A stretch of DNA of 60,522 nucleotides, counting the filler. It is 5 parts of 5 records of this genome, joined end to end, with 100 filler letters (N's around TTAATTAATTAA, not from the genome) between each part and the next. Parts side by side here need not be neighbours in the genome. Positions count along the whole stretch, not along the records: positions 36,565 to 42,928 come from SRR31156797_5649; positions 43,029 to 53,484 come from SRR31156797_5652; 3 more parts are not named here. The stretch is one strand, 5' to 3'. Made by a program: the position numbers and the translations under genes. The notes under the pieces are model-generated. The model was not told the DNA's origin, did not search any database, and was given only the letters and a program-made list of their open reading frames with translations. This document shows positions 39,531 to 50,349 of this stretch, piece by piece (the first letter of the stretch is position 1; each line of letters opens with the position of its first letter).

Positions 39531-40232
39531 TCATATTGGATTTAATCTTGCGAGGAAAAAACCTTCAGCAGTTCCGATGAGTTTCTCTGTCGCCCAGCCA
39601 CATTTAAGGGCTTGAGAAGACAATGTGTCAAAGTCTACGTGCAGCCAACGCATCCAGGCGCCGATGTTACCTTCGTGGGATAGACGGAATTTCAGCTCTC
39701 CTGGATACCCTTTGTGGTTTGCAGCTTCAGGAGAGACGGATTCATCAACTGAATTTACCAACAGGCGTCCACCGTGACTGAGAAGCGATTCGCATTTTTG
39801 AAGTAAAATTTTAATTCGGCTTACTGTTTCGCAGATTCCGATGTTATGTCCCAGAATGAGTATGGTATCGTATAATTCACCTGAAAACTCAAAAAAATCA
39901 CACAGCCTGATATCTTTGACCCCACGTTCTTCCATTATTTGCACAGCCTGAGAGTTGATCTCCAATGCGGTAACCTCATATCCTTGTCGTTCAAGTTCCA
40001 GGGCGTGAATCCCGGTCCCTGCACCCATAACCAAAATACGACCGCGGCAATATCGTAAGACTTTTTCCGTCGGATAAAAATCTTTAGCACTTCGGAAAAA
40101 TTCGGAAGCCGGAAGCGATACTTTTCGTCCTGTATCATATTCATGAATAAGTCGGGTCGATTTATTCCCCCTCCAATAAGCAAGAAGTGCTTGGCCAAAC
40201 GGATCAAGAGCTGATAAATTTTGTTTTCTCAT
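39531..40232 (-). CDS. Class I SAM-dependent methyltransferase
   Basis: ILVMGAGTG motif I and YDTILILG; probable start MRKQN with GAGGA RBS. Confidence 0.82.
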   Translation of the reverse strand: MRKQNLSALDPFGQALLAYWRGNKSTRLIHEYDTGRKVSLPASEFFRSAKDFYPTEKVLRYCRGRILVMGAGTGIHALELERQGYEVTALEINSQAVQIMEERGVKDIRLCDFFEFSGELYDTILILGHNIGICETVSRIKILLQKCESLLSHGGRLLVNSVDESVSPEAANHKGYPGELKFRLSHEGNIGAWMRWLHVDFDTLSSQALKCGWATEKLIGTAEGFFLARLNPI

Positions 40233-40243
40233 TTTTTGTCCTC

Positions 40244-40275
40244 GTATAACGGCGGGCATAAGGCGCTGCGGCCAT
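40244..40275 (-). mobile_element. attC-like right half
   Basis: Minus strand CCTTATG-CCCGCC-GTTATAC (L', 6-bp spacer, R') directly before the RBS and ATG of the methyltransferase. Confidence 0.45.
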
Positions 40276-40408
40276 TGGGGTTCCAATTCTCTCGATATGG
40301 CTTAAAAGCTGCTCAACCCCTTCTTTTAATGGTATTGGGTGATCTTCCGTTACTTTTCCATACTCTTCCCCCCAGGCTGAACTGAAATTTTCAAAATCAG
40401 CAATCCCA

Positions 40409-40963
40409 TCAAGGCCCCTCTTGAAAAGCCGTTTTCAAGTCGCTTTTCCAGCCGGGCCAACTGGTTTCGGTTTTCTTGAATCGAGCCTCACGGGTCCCTT
40501 TGGGGGATTTTTTAGTATAGGAGTGGTCAAATATGTACCAGCCGTTAACCCCGAAAATTTTGGTATTTTTGTCGATCACTTTTTCCGGTCGAAAGGAAGG
40601 GCAGACCCTGAATCGGTTTTTGATCCGTTCTGAAAGGGTCCACCCGGAATTGTAGCGGGGGTCAGTAATCCAGAGGTATACGGCTTCTCGATGGGTATCC
40701 TGAGAGAGGATCAGTTGATGGCGGTCATCGAAAAAGCGATATCCTGATTTTACAGGGCCTGCCAGGGTCAACCGGGTGCAGGTTTCTTCGGACATCGCCC
40801 ATCTGGGGACAATCCCGGGTAGCGCTTCTATAATTTCCCAGTTTTCCGGGAGGGCTTTTTCGACCCGGGCGGTAAGGCTGGTAAGATCGAATGCAACGCA
40901 AAGGTCAGTACAAGAAATGCCAGCACATAGCACTGCCAGAATGTAGACCTGTACCTTTTTCAA
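40409..40963 (-). CDS. Hypothetical exported protein
   Basis: TTG start after AAAGGAGG; hydrophobic leader; no family recognised. Confidence 0.55.
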   Translation of the reverse strand: MKKVQVYILAVLCAGISCTDLCVAFDLTSLTARVEKALPENWEIIEALPGIVPRWAMSEETCTRLTLAGPVKSGYRFFDDRHQLILSQDTHREAVYLWITDPRYNSGWTLSERIKNRFRVCPSFRPEKVIDKNTKIFGVNGWYIFDHSYTKKSPKGTREARFKKTETSWPGWKSDLKTAFQEGP

Positions 40964-41160
40964 TTTGGAGCCTCCTTTGATCGTGTGTCCATGCATTAAT
41001 TGGCTAACCCAAAGAATTGGTGTGTGATTCACTCCTCATTTGCTAAGGTTGAATGCGCGACAGAGCTGAGACAATAGCAATGTCTCTCTTTGTGACTTGA
41101 TATTTTGTTCAGACAGACAGGTCGGTTGATTGTAATTTATTATAATAATAACTTAAAAGG

Positions 41161-42018
41161 TTACTCTTTTCTATGGAACTCTATTCCTTTGATATCGCTA
41201 CCTTCTACTTCTAATAAAGTGTTGACAATTGATCCGAAACCAGCATTAATAACAACTGTTTCACCTAAAAAGTCCTTATCATGATGCTCATGCATGTGTC
41301 CACCTATGCAAACCCCAGGTTGATATTTGTCACAAGCTTCTCTTGCAATCAAAGATCCAAAATGCTGCCCCCTCCTTGGAGAACCTTCCCATGTTATCAT
41401 ATCCACCCTCGTATCAAATGGAACATTGTGCGACAAGAAAATAACAGGTCTGTTTGCGCTTTCAAATAATGAAAACACTTTCCCTTTTTCGTCCTCATAA
41501 TCTTTCTTTATTTCGTCAAGATGACCTTTCATTTTTGCTCTCTTTAAATCTTCTTCATATTGCGGATATTCAGGTCCACTTGTTATTCCATGACCTATAA
41601 TTTGGAAACCCTTGAAATCAACAATCTTATGATGAACATCCTTTACATTCTCTAACCCTGAAACCATTTTATTATAAACTTCTATGTTTCTATCATTCGG
41701 AGGCATGGATATTTCATGAACATCCCAATTCCCAGGAACAGCAAAAACAGGAACTCCAAGAGAATTCAGATATTCCAGAATTTCCCTTCCATCCTTTATT
41801 GATTTGTTTACCATTTTTTGAGCTTCTTCTTTTCCAACAACATCATGCCATTGCTTCTGCAAATCAGGATTATCCATATTCTCTTTCATTACCTGAAGAA
41901 TGTACTTCTTAAATCCATCCGAGCAAAAATCACCTGGTGCTATAATCGCATCAAAGTCTTTAAAGTGAATATTTGGCTTCTGTCCATGCAAGTCTCCAAT
42001 AATTAAGAATTTGACCAT
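41161..42018 (-). CDS. Calcineurin-like metallophosphoesterase
   Basis: GDLHG, PGDF, PGNWD, SHNVP and GHMH motifs; visibly AT-richer than its flanks. Confidence 0.9.
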   Translation of the reverse strand: MVKFLIIGDLHGQKPNIHFKDFDAIIAPGDFCSDGFKKYILQVMKENMDNPDLQKQWHDVVGKEEAQKMVNKSIKDGREILEYLNSLGVPVFAVPGNWDVHEISMPPNDRNIEVYNKMVSGLENVKDVHHKIVDFKGFQIIGHGITSGPEYPQYEEDLKRAKMKGHLDEIKKDYEDEKGKVFSLFESANRPVIFLSHNVPFDTRVDMITWEGSPRRGQHFGSLIAREACDKYQPGVCIGGHMHEHHDKDFLGETVVINAGFGSIVNTLLEVEGSDIKGIEFHRKE

Positions 42019-42273
42019 AATTAATCTATGCTCCTTTATTTAAACGTTTTATTCGCTCTCAAATTCCTTTCTAATCAACCCTTCAATTTCACCAGAGATT
42101 GCAGCCCGCCCTTTGCCAAACCTTTCCACGATCTCATTCCTGTGGGACGAGTTTTTGATCTATTATTGAAAATTTCGGGGCGCCAGGCTCGGCATTGCCG
42201 GCACGAGTAGAGCTTCCCGATCAAGTATACCGGCGGGTCAATTGTCAGTCTGTCTTCATGCATTTGATTTCGT

Positions 42274-42362
42274 GCATAACATTTCAATCAAACCGCGGCG
42301 TGAAATACGGAGCGTGGAACGAGCGAAGCTTTTTGCGATCCGTGTGCAAGCGGTTGTTTCGC
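42274..42362 (-). mobile_element. Degenerate attC-like site
   Basis: Minus strand GCGAAAC-AACCG-CTTGCACA...TGATTGAAAT-GTTATGC, 89 bp, imperfect internal pairing. Confidence 0.45.
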
Positions 42363-42517
42363 TGATTAAAAAGTTTCTATATTTTTGTGCTTATGAAAAA
42401 CACGATTTTATCTCTTCAGCGAACATTGAACATGGCCGGAGAAATCCGGTGCACGTTTGTTGGGCAAGGGGTATAAGATCCCTTTATCGCTTGATACGGT
42501 CCTGCCGGGCGGCTCCC

Positions 42518-42561
42518 GTGGGAAGAAAACATGAAGATTTTACCAGTCGTTTTCTTCCCGC
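42518..42561. terminator. Hairpin downstream of the DUF3786-like gene
   Basis: GTGGGAAGAAAAC / GTTTTCTTCCCGC inverted repeat. Confidence 0.4.
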
Positions 42562-42606
42562 TCGGCCGGACTTCTTACTTGGGGTACCCCCCCGGACAAA
42601 ATTTAA

Positions 42607-42927
42607 TCACGCACCATGGCGCAAGGCGATCTTCTCGAACATCAAAGCAATACCTTCATTCATCGTATAGTTTGACTCAATGTCAAGATTCTCATCGGAT
42701 GCGGAATCAAAATAGATGTGAAGGCTGGATTCAAGGCCCTCTTCAGGTTGCCAGTAGCAGACCATCATGGGAAAAAGGGGCAGGGGATGCAGAACAATTG
42801 AAATATCCGAACCAATGTGGCTGTCAATCTGTTTTCCATCGAAAATTTCCAGCATATCTTTGAACAGGTCCGTATAGGTGTCGGCCACCCGCTTCAGCGG
42901 CTTTTCACACCGTTGTTGAAAATGGGC
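42607..42927 (-). CDS. DUF3786-like protein, C-terminal fragment (5'-truncated)
   Basis: Frame open to the contig edge (AHFQQRCEKPLKRVAD); LHPLP..P...YW..EEG..S...FD motif. Confidence 0.7.
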   Translation of the reverse strand, partial: AHFQQRCEKPLKRVADTYTDLFKDMLEIFDGKQIDSHIGSDISIVLHPLPLFPMMVCYWQPEEGLESSLHIYFDSASDENLDIESNYTMNEGIALMFEKIALRHGA

Positions 42928-42928
42928 A

Positions 42929-43028
42929 NNNNNNNNNNNNNNNNNNNNNNNNNNNNNNNNNNNNNNNNNNNNTTAATTAATTAANNNNNNNNNNNNNNNN
43001 NNNNNNNNNNNNNNNNNNNNNNNNNNNN
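42929..43028. other. Artificial contig spacer
   Basis: N44-TTAATTAATTAA-N44. Confidence 0.99.
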
Positions 43029-44515
43029 TTTCCGCCATCGATGAAGCCGATGACGTTACCGACCAACTGGCGCATCTTCTTCGACTGGTCAGCCAGCTCA
43101 CTTGCTGCACTGGCTGATTCTTCGGTTGAGGCAGCAGTGTTCTGAACCGAGCGGTCCAGCGTTGAGATAGCATCGTTGATCTGGCTGACGCCTTGTGCCT
43201 GCTCGTTGCCAGCCACGGCAATCTGGCCGATGAGTTCGTTGACCTGAGTATTCGACTCTCGGATTCCGTCGAGGTACTGGGCGACATCATTGACGATTTC
43301 GACGCCGCTTTGAGAATTGCGGACTGATTCCTCGATCATCTCACTGGTACCACGAGCCGCTTCAGCACTTCGCTGGGCAAGAGCGCGAACTTCTTCAGCA
43401 ACCACGGCAAAGCCTTTACCCGCTTCACCTGCACGTGCAGCTTCAACAGCGGCGTTCAGAGCCAGCAGGTTGGTCTGGAAGGCGATTTCATCAATGACCT
43501 TGATGATCTTCGCGGTTTCGTCGGATGAGTTCTGAATCTTGTTGATGGCATCGGTCATGCGAGTCATGGCTTCGGCGCCAGCCTGGACGGCCTGGTCAGC
43601 ATCAGATGCAGACTTACGTGCCTGCTCGGCATTTGACGCATTCTGCTGGGTCATGCCGGACATTTCTTCCAGGGAGCTTCCGGCCTCTTCCAGGCCTGCT
43701 GCCTGATCCGCAGCGACTTGGGCAAGCTGGTCGGAGTTCTGCGCCATCTGATCGGAGGCGGTCGACACCTGGTCGATACTCTCAGCCATCTGCGTGGACA
43801 ATGTCTTGATCGGACGAATGATCCCCCTGACAATCCACATGGAGACTGCAATACCCAGGATCGCCATTAAGCCGAAGCCCGCCAGTTTGTACGCCATGTA
43901 CGCTTTCTGATCGTGTGCGACGGTTGCCACCAGGGCTGCTTTTTCTTCTTCGACGTTGTCGATGTAGACCCCGCAGCCGATCATGATGTCGGTACCCGGA
44001 ATCAGGGCTGCATAGCTCAGCTTCGGCTGAAGACCCTTACCAGGCTTCTCCCAGTGGTATCCCACGTACCCGCCGCCAGCCTGTGCGGCCGCGACGAGAT
44101 CCTTGATGACGTAGACGCCTTTCTTATCCTGGAATTTGGAATAGTCGGCACCATTCTTCGATTTGTTCGGAGGATTGTTCACACGGATGCAGTTGGAATC
44201 ATACGTGAACACGTACCCCGACTTGTCATCAAAGAACCGAAGAGGATCCGTGTATTCAACAATGATCTTCTTCTTTTCTTCCAGATCGGTAACTCCTTCG
44301 AGCTCTTTGTTCAAGAGACCGATCGCCAGTTCGACAGACGTCTTGAGCGTCTGCTTACTGCCGTCCAGGATCGCTTCGCCGAACTTCGGATAGATGACTT
44401 CATCGGTTACCTTGCTATCCAGGTAAACATTGAAGAATTGCAGTCCGCCAGCAAAGACGATCATCAGGCAAGGAATGACGAGAATCTTTCCGCGTACTCC
44501 CAATTTCTTAAACAT
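43029..44515 (-). CDS. Methyl-accepting chemotaxis protein with sCache_2 sensor (last codons cut at the contig end)
   Basis: TM-Cache (GYVF, YHWEKP, KLSY, GCGVY)-[23 protein letters not shown]. Confidence 0.95.
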
Positions 44516-44588
44516 GTGATGACTCCCTGTTCAATAAGAAACTGTCCGCCCCGATCTATTACTCACAAGTCCCTGATACCCTTTTTAG

Positions 44589-44596
44589 GTATCGGT
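44589..44596 (-). promoter_or_regulatory. Possible sigma28 -10 element
   Basis: ACCGATAC about 74 bp upstream of MCP1; similar GTCGATAC (46446-46453) about 67 bp upstream of MCP2. Confidence 0.35.
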
Positions 44597-44831
44597 ATCC
44601 CTTCCAATGACATCAAGAAAATAGCACTCAAGAAGAAAAGTTATTTCCCCTTAAGGGTGATAACCCAATACAAAAAAAGAGCATTTAGATTTCCAACCAC
44701 AGAGAAGTGGTATTCTTTGAGAAATCAATATGACGAAAGGGATTATAGGACTCTCAAAAGTGAAATGTATTTACTTTGACCGAGTATATCAACACATGTT
44801 TGTTCTTATACTTTAGACAGTATAACTGAAA

Positions 44832-44861
44832 CAGGCTCCGCATGTTGCCACACGGAGCCTG
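44832..44861 (-). terminator. Intrinsic terminator after MCP2
   Basis: CAGGCTCCG / CGGAGCCTG 9-bp stem. Confidence 0.7.
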
Positions 44862-44885
44862 CTAAAAGTCGTTATCTGTTCTCTT

Positions 44886-46379
44886 TTACTTCTTTCCACC
44901 CTGAATGAACTGTGCCACATTTCCAATCAGATCACGAATCTTTCCTGACTGGTCTGCGAGTTCACAGGCGGCACTGGCCGATTCCTCTGTTGAGGCTGCG
45001 GTGCTCTGCACGGAACGGTCCAACGTAACGATCGCCTGGTTGATCTGTGATACGCCCTGCGCCTGTTCGTTACCGGCTACTGCGATCTGACTGATCAATT
45101 CATTCACCTGTGAGTTCGAATCACGAATACCACCCAGATACCGTGCGACATCATTCACGATATCCACACCATTCTTTGAGTTGGTCACCGATTCTTCGAT
45201 CATCTCGCTGGTTCCACGAGCTGCTTCAGCACTACGCTGAGCCAGTGCACGGACTTCCTCTGCAACAACGGCAAATCCTTTTCCAGCTTCGCCTGCGCGA
45301 GCTGCTTCGACAGCCGCATTGAGTGCGAGCAGGTTCGTCTGGAATGCGATTTCGTCAATCACTTTAATGATCTTCGCGGTCTCGTCTGAGGATTGCTGTA
45401 TTTTATTGATCGCCTCTGTCATGCGACTCATTGCCTCTTCACCGGCATGAACCGCCTGATCTGCTTCCTGTGCGGAAACTCGAGCCTGTTCAGCGTTTTC
45501 AGCACTCTGCTGGGTCATGCTGGACATTTCTTCCAGGGAACTTCCAGCTTCCTGAAGTCCAGCCGCCTGGTCCGATGCCACCTGTGCAAGCTGATCGGAA
45601 TTCATGGCCATCTGATCCGAAGCGGTCGCGACCTGGTCGATGCTCTGCTGCATTTCGGAGGTCATTCTCACGATCGGCCTGATGATGCCGGATACGATCC
45701 AGAGAGAAAAGGCGATGCCGACGATGGCAAGCAGGCCGAATCCAGCCGCTTTGTATTTCAAGTAACGATTGCGATCCTTCGTTGCCGCAACGATCATCGC
45801 ATTTTTTTCATCTTCCACGTTATCGATATACACGCCGCACCCGATCATGATTTCTGTACCGGGTATTGTCGAAGCGTAACTCATTTTGGGTTGAACGCCC
45901 TTGCCAGGCTTTTCCCAGTAATATTCGACAAATCCTCCGCCGTTCTGAGCAGCCGTAATCAGATCCTTGATCAGGTAGTTGCCTTTTTTATCCTGGAATT
46001 TCAGATAATTAGAACCATTTTTTGATTTATTCGGCGGGTTATTGATGCGTGTCCCGTCGTATGCGTAGGTGAATACGTATCCTGATTTGTCATCAAAGAA
46101 TCGAAGCGGATCCGTGTACTCAACGATGATCTTCTTTTTTTCTTCCGGATCGGTGACCCCTTCCAGTTCCTTGTTCAAAAGACCGATCGCCAGCTCGACA
46201 GACGTCTTGAGCGTCTGCTTGCTGCCATCGAGAATCGCCTCTCCGAACTTCGGATATACGACGTCCTCGGTCACCTTGTTATCCAGATACACATTGAAAA
46301 ACTGAAGACCACCGGCAAAGACGAGCATCAGACACGGAATGACCAGAATCTTTCCCCGTACCCCGAATTTCCTGAACAT
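44886..46379 (-). CDS. Paralogous sCache_2 methyl-accepting chemotaxis protein
   Basis: Collinear with MCP1 from [10 protein letters not shown] (start 46379, AAGGGAG RBS). Confidence 0.95.
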   Translation of the reverse strand: MFRKFGVRGKILVIPCLMLVFAGGLQFFNVYLDNKVTEDVVYPKFGEAILDGSKQTLKTSVELAIGLLNKELEGVTDPEEKKKIIVEYTDPLRFFDDKSGYVFTYAYDGTRINNPPNKSKNGSNYLKFQDKKGNYLIKDLITAAQNGGGFVEYYWEKPGKGVQPKMSYASTIPGTEIMIGCGVYIDNVEDEKNAMIVAATKDRNRYLKYKAAGFGLLAIVGIAFSLWIVSGIIRPIVRMTSEMQQSIDQVATASDQMAMNSDQLAQVASDQAAGLQEAGSSLEEMSSMTQQSAENAEQARVSAQEADQAVHAGEEAMSRMTEAINKIQQSSDETAKIIKVIDEIAFQTNLLALNAAVEAARAGEAGKGFAVVAEEVRALAQRSAEAARGTSEMIEESVTNSKNGVDIVNDVARYLGGIRDSNSQVNELISQIAVAGNEQAQGVSQINQAIVTLDRSVQSTAASTEESASAACELADQSGKIRDLIGNVAQFIQGGKK

Positions 46380-46617
46380 GGTTAACTCCCTTTCTAGAAA
46401 TTCCAGAACCCAAACTACGGTACTTGCCCCATACTTCTGCCTAGGGTATCGACCCGATTCAGGACCCAATTCACTATTCGTTCAGTTGTTTTGCCCGTAA
46501 GTACTCATAACCAAAGTCATCAATTGTCACTTAACAGAGAATACAGATTTCCAGCCTCCAATCGCATTCTTGTTTCACAAGCGACCGAAACTATCGGACG
46601 TTGGATGTTCCCAGCAT

Positions 46618-46656
46618 AAAAAAAGGCGCGAAAGGAAAAATACCCTTTCGCGCCTT
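46618..46656 (-). terminator. Intrinsic terminator after ackA
   Basis: AAGGCGCGAAAGG / CCTTTCGCGCCTT stem with a minus-strand T-run. Confidence 0.85.
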
Positions 46657-46685
46657 GTGAATGTCTCGAAAACGAAGCGTCTCGT

Positions 46686-47876
46686 TTACTTGATCAGCTT
46701 CTCGGTATCCATCGCGATCATCAGTTCCTCGTTGGTCGGGATAACCCAGATCGGAATCTTCGACGACGGGGTGGACAGGCAGATCGGCTCTTTCGCCTTG
46801 AAGTTGTCGTTCTTTGCGTAATCCAGCTCGATACCCAGCGGTTCCAGGCCCTTCGATACCATTTCGCGGATGATGAAGGATTTTTCGCCAACACCACCGG
46901 TGTAGCAGATCCCATCGCAGGTTCCCAGTTCTGCCAGGAAAGCACCCAGGTACTTCTTGATGCGATGTGCGTAGATATCCAGAGCGAGTTTTGCACGTTC
47001 GTGACCATCGACGGCTGCATCTTCGACGTCACGCATATCGTTGGACAGACCGGAAATGCCCTTCACACCACTCTTCTTTTCGAGCGAGGCACGGACTTCA
47101 TCAACGTTCATGCCGAGCGAGATCATGTGGAAAATGATCGCCGGGTCGATGTCACCCGATCGCGTACCCATGACGAGTCCTTCCAGCGGGGTCAGGCCCA
47201 TCGTCTGGTCGATGGCTTTACCGCCCTTGATGCAGGTCATGCTGCAGCCGTTGCCCAGGTGAAGCGTAATCAGGTTCGGAGCGGGCTTGCCCAGAAGTTC
47301 GGCCGCCTGCATGCAGATGTAGCGGTGGCTGGTTCCGTGGAAGCCGTAACGGCGAACGCGGTGTTTTTCGTACCATTCGTAGGGTACGGTGTACATGTAC
47401 GCCTCGGGAGGCATGGTCTGAAAGAATGCGGTATCGAACACGCCGACCTGCGGCTTACCGGGCAGAGCGGCCATCGTCGCACGGATTCCGCCGAGATTGG
47501 CAGGATTGTGAAGCGGAGCCAGGCTTACACAATCTTCAACGACGCTGAGAACTTCCTCATTGAGAACGACTGATTCGACGAACTTTTCGGCACCATGAAC
47601 GACACGGTGACCAACACCATCGATTTCAGAAGCATCCTTGATTGGCGGGGGACTGCCTGCGGAGGTCATCAGGTCCAGAATCTGGCGGATTCCCGCTTCG
47701 TAATCCAGAATCGGATCATTCCGGACGATCTTTTCACCATTGATTTTGTGGGTCGTGGACGAATCCTGCGCCCCAACGCGATCGATAATACCCTCGGCTA
47801 AGGAATCCTTGATGTCCGTATCAAATAACTGGTACTTGATTGACGAACTCCCACAGTTGATGACAAGAATCTTCAT
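46686..47876 (-). CDS. ackA: Acetate kinase
   Basis: INCGSSSIK, GHRVVHG, APLHNP, RYGFHGTSH, HLGNG and PTNEE motifs. Confidence 0.96.
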   Translation of the reverse strand: MKILVINCGSSSIKYQLFDTDIKDSLAEGIIDRVGAQDSSTTHKINGEKIVRNDPILDYEAGIRQILDLMTSAGSPPPIKDASEIDGVGHRVVHGAEKFVESVVLNEEVLSVVEDCVSLAPLHNPANLGGIRATMAALPGKPQVGVFDTAFFQTMPPEAYMYTVPYEWYEKHRVRRYGFHGTSHRYICMQAAELLGKPAPNLITLHLGNGCSMTCIKGGKAIDQTMGLTPLEGLVMGTRSGDIDPAIIFHMISLGMNVDEVRASLEKKSGVKGISGLSNDMRDVEDAAVDGHERAKLALDIYAHRIKKYLGAFLAELGTCDGICYTGGVGEKSFIIREMVSKGLEPLGIELDYAKNDNFKAKEPICLSTPSSKIPIWVIPTNEELMIAMDTEKLIK

Positions 47877-48118
47877 GGCGTCCCTCGTGAAAATGTGACT
47901 ATTCTTCGTAATAACGCATATTCGCGTTTTCCGACCGGCCTGCCTGCTTTTTCAGCAGCCCCCCTGCCACTCGAAATCCGCGGCGAAGGTACACTATCAC
48001 GCTCCATTTCACTTTGCAATATATTCAAAATTACAATAATTGGTCTGAGTTACAATTGCATAAATGGCGGCTTGAGGAATCTGGAATCAGGTCAATACGC
48101 GGAAAAGAGTGTCCGCCA

Positions 48119-49033
48119 CTATTGTTCAATTGTTTCGACTCCGGGTTGGAGTTCCATAAACACTTTGTGGTGAACCCCCTGCCAGCCTGTCGGAATCCTC
48201 TCCAGCATCCTATCTTCATAGATGCTTGCAATCCCGATCCCGTCCAGATTCATATATCCGACGTAGCAATGGCAGGTTTCCATCTGGCATCTGCTTTCGC
48301 TCAGAACTGTGGAAAGATCCGAATCGTACAGGTTTCCGAGAATACGAGCATCAAACCAGCATCGCCGGATAGTGCCCTGTCCATCCACTGCGATCGCTGA
48401 CTTTCCGGTCCGGCACACCCGTCCGGCACTTCGATAGTAAGGCATATTCAAGCGAAACCATGGATCTATCCGTTCGATCCGTCCAATCTGCTTTTCATCG
48501 TAGTAGTCTGCCTCCCGCTTGTACGCATTCACCCACATGTACACATCCGGAGACAGACGATCCCGGAGCTGCTCGATGTTATCCAGGTCTTCAATGATTC
48601 CCACGCTTCCGACACTGTACCTCACTCCCAGATGATCCAATTCATTGCACTGCCGGAGGAAGACCTCCCGTGTCACCTGGGAAGGATGATAGGTACACCA
48701 CAGTCCAACCCTGTCGAGATCACATGCTACCAGCCAGTCGAGCCTGCAGGAGAGATTCGTCTGGGCGACTACACGATTGGCATTCGTCGAACAGCTAATC
48801 TTTTGAATGGCCTGATGATACCAGGTATGAACCAGGGCTTCACCGCGTGGAACAAAGAACACCGACATCCGCTCCGGTGACTCAACAACCCATTTCACAA
48901 AACGTTCCAGAGCCCTCTGATCCTCATCCAAGGTCGCGACTGAATCCTCCCGAGACGCAAACGGGCAGTACCTGCATCGATAATTGCAGCTCGACAACGG
49001 ACCTCGGTACTGGACGGTCAGATCTAATGCCAC
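48119..49033 (-). CDS. STM4011-family radical SAM protein
   Basis: YRGPLSSCNYRCRYCPFA; C-terminal CRTG..RC..C...CHCYVGY (SPASM/twitch-like); probable GTG start at 49033 overlapping the upstream stop. Confidence 0.85.
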   Translation of the reverse strand: MALDLTVQYRGPLSSCNYRCRYCPFASREDSVATLDEDQRALERFVKWVVESPERMSVFFVPRGEALVHTWYHQAIQKISCSTNANRVVAQTNLSCRLDWLVACDLDRVGLWCTYHPSQVTREVFLRQCNELDHLGVRYSVGSVGIIEDLDNIEQLRDRLSPDVYMWVNAYKREADYYDEKQIGRIERIDPWFRLNMPYYRSAGRVCRTGKSAIAVDGQGTIRRCWFDARILGNLYDSDLSTVLSESRCQMETCHCYVGYMNLDGIGIASIYEDRMLERIPTGWQGVHHKVFMELQPGVETIEQ

Positions 49034-50349
49034 TTGTGCCCCCTGGCCAACGCCTGTACACGATCCGAATACAACCACGGACCGATTGAATCTGAACGCT
49101 CCAGCCCTGTCTCGGTCAGTCGGATCGTTTCATTCGAGTATTCAGCCAGTCCCAGGTCCATCAATTCCTGAAGCTGAGGGCAGTCCTCGAGTGGCTTGCT
49201 GTTGAATTCGGTTTCATACATTCTGCAATCCAGGCCCGGCAATCGAAGGATCGACTTGATGATGAAACGACGAATCTGTTCCTGGCGATCCAGACGGAAT
49301 CCATGGGACAAAACACCGAATGCGTCCTCCCCGGTCTGGATGTACTCTTCGAGAATCGCCTGTATGCTTTCGTGACCGACTGCGTATTTCGATGCATAAT
49401 GCAATGTACGGGTATAGGAGCGTGCTCCGCACCCAAGGCCAACCATTCCATCCCGCTGGCAACTGTATTCATGATCCGTGTACTTTCCAGGGCTGCCTTT
49501 CCTGAATAATCTCATCGACACCTGGGTGAAACCCTGCTCAAGCAGCAGATCTCGACCGGCCCGGTATGCTGAAAGCCTCTGGTCATCCCAGTCTCTCTGA
49601 CGTTTCCAGAGCCCGGTTTTCGGGCGGACGTATAGTGGGTAGAGATAAATTTCGTCTGCCCCGGCTTCGATTGCCAGACGCACGGATTGAATCCAGCTTT
49701 CAATCGTCTGACCGCCCCCTCCGTAGATCAGGTCGATGTTCATGAAAGGGAAACCCGCAGACCGGATGGTTTCCAGTGCGGTATCCACAACCGAACGACT
49801 CTGTCGTCTCCCCAGATCTTCAGCCTCCCGGTCACAGAATGTTTGAATTCCCAGGCTGACACGGTGGATACCCTTTTCTTTCAGCAACCCGATACGTTCA
49901 GGCGTTGCCGTCGAAGGGGATGTCTCCACCGAACCGGCGATCTGCCGGGAATTGATTCCCATGTTCTGCAGGATGGAGAAGAGTCGCTCGAGCTGCTTTT
50001 CGACAAGGTAGGTAGGAGTCCCACCGCCAATCGCAAACTGTGCAAACGAAACGTCTCCCAAAGCAACCATGGTAGCATGTGCCTGGCGTTCGACGCTGGC
50101 CAGGTATGCTTTCACGGTATCATCCGACGGCCTGGCAGTACTCAGTAAATTGCAGTACCCGCAACGGTTTTCGCAGAATGGAATATGGACATATCCGAAC
50201 AAAGCGTCTTTCTTTTCCTGCTGCCATGCCTCTTCTAATGACACAACAGGCGTCAACGGGCGATACGCGGTTTTATGTGGATATGCGTAGGCATATCCCT
50301 CGTAACGACTGGCATCGAGCAAAGATGAGGATACAGGATAGCAACTCAT
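49024..50349 (-). CDS. STM4012-family HemN-like radical SAM protein
   Basis: YAYPHKTAYR, YVHIPFCENRCGYC, GGGTPT, NIDLIYG and GLGCGARSYT motifs; TAATG overlap at 50349. Confidence 0.87.
   Translation of the reverse strand: MSCYPVSSSLLDASRYEGYAYAYPHKTAYRPLTPVVSLEEAWQQEKKDALFGYVHIPFCENRCGYCNLLSTARPSDDTVKAYLASVERQAHATMVALGDVSFAQFAIGGGTPTYLVEKQLERLFSILQNMGINSRQIAGSVETSPSTATPERIGLLKEKGIHRVSLGIQTFCDREAEDLGRRQSRSVVDTALETIRSAGFPFMNIDLIYGGGGQTIESWIQSVRLAIEAGADEIYLYPLYVRPKTGLWKRQRDWDDQRLSAYRAGRDLLLEQGFTQVSMRLFRKGSPGKYTDHEYSCQRDGMVGLGCGARSYTRTLHYASKYAVGHESIQAILEEYIQTGEDAFGVLSHGFRLDRQEQIRRFIIKSILRLPGLDCRMYETEFNSKPLEDCPQLQELMDLGLAEYSNETIRLTETGLERSDSIGPWLYSDRVQALARGHKWH

Noticed and set aside
42075-42287. 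70-aa ORF with an RLTIDP segment reminiscent of DUF433
   Set aside because: Similarity is limited to a few residues; at best a remnant.
43913-46025. Plus-strand ORFs of 288 and 210 aa
   Set aside because: Antisense to the MCP genes; explained by codon bias.
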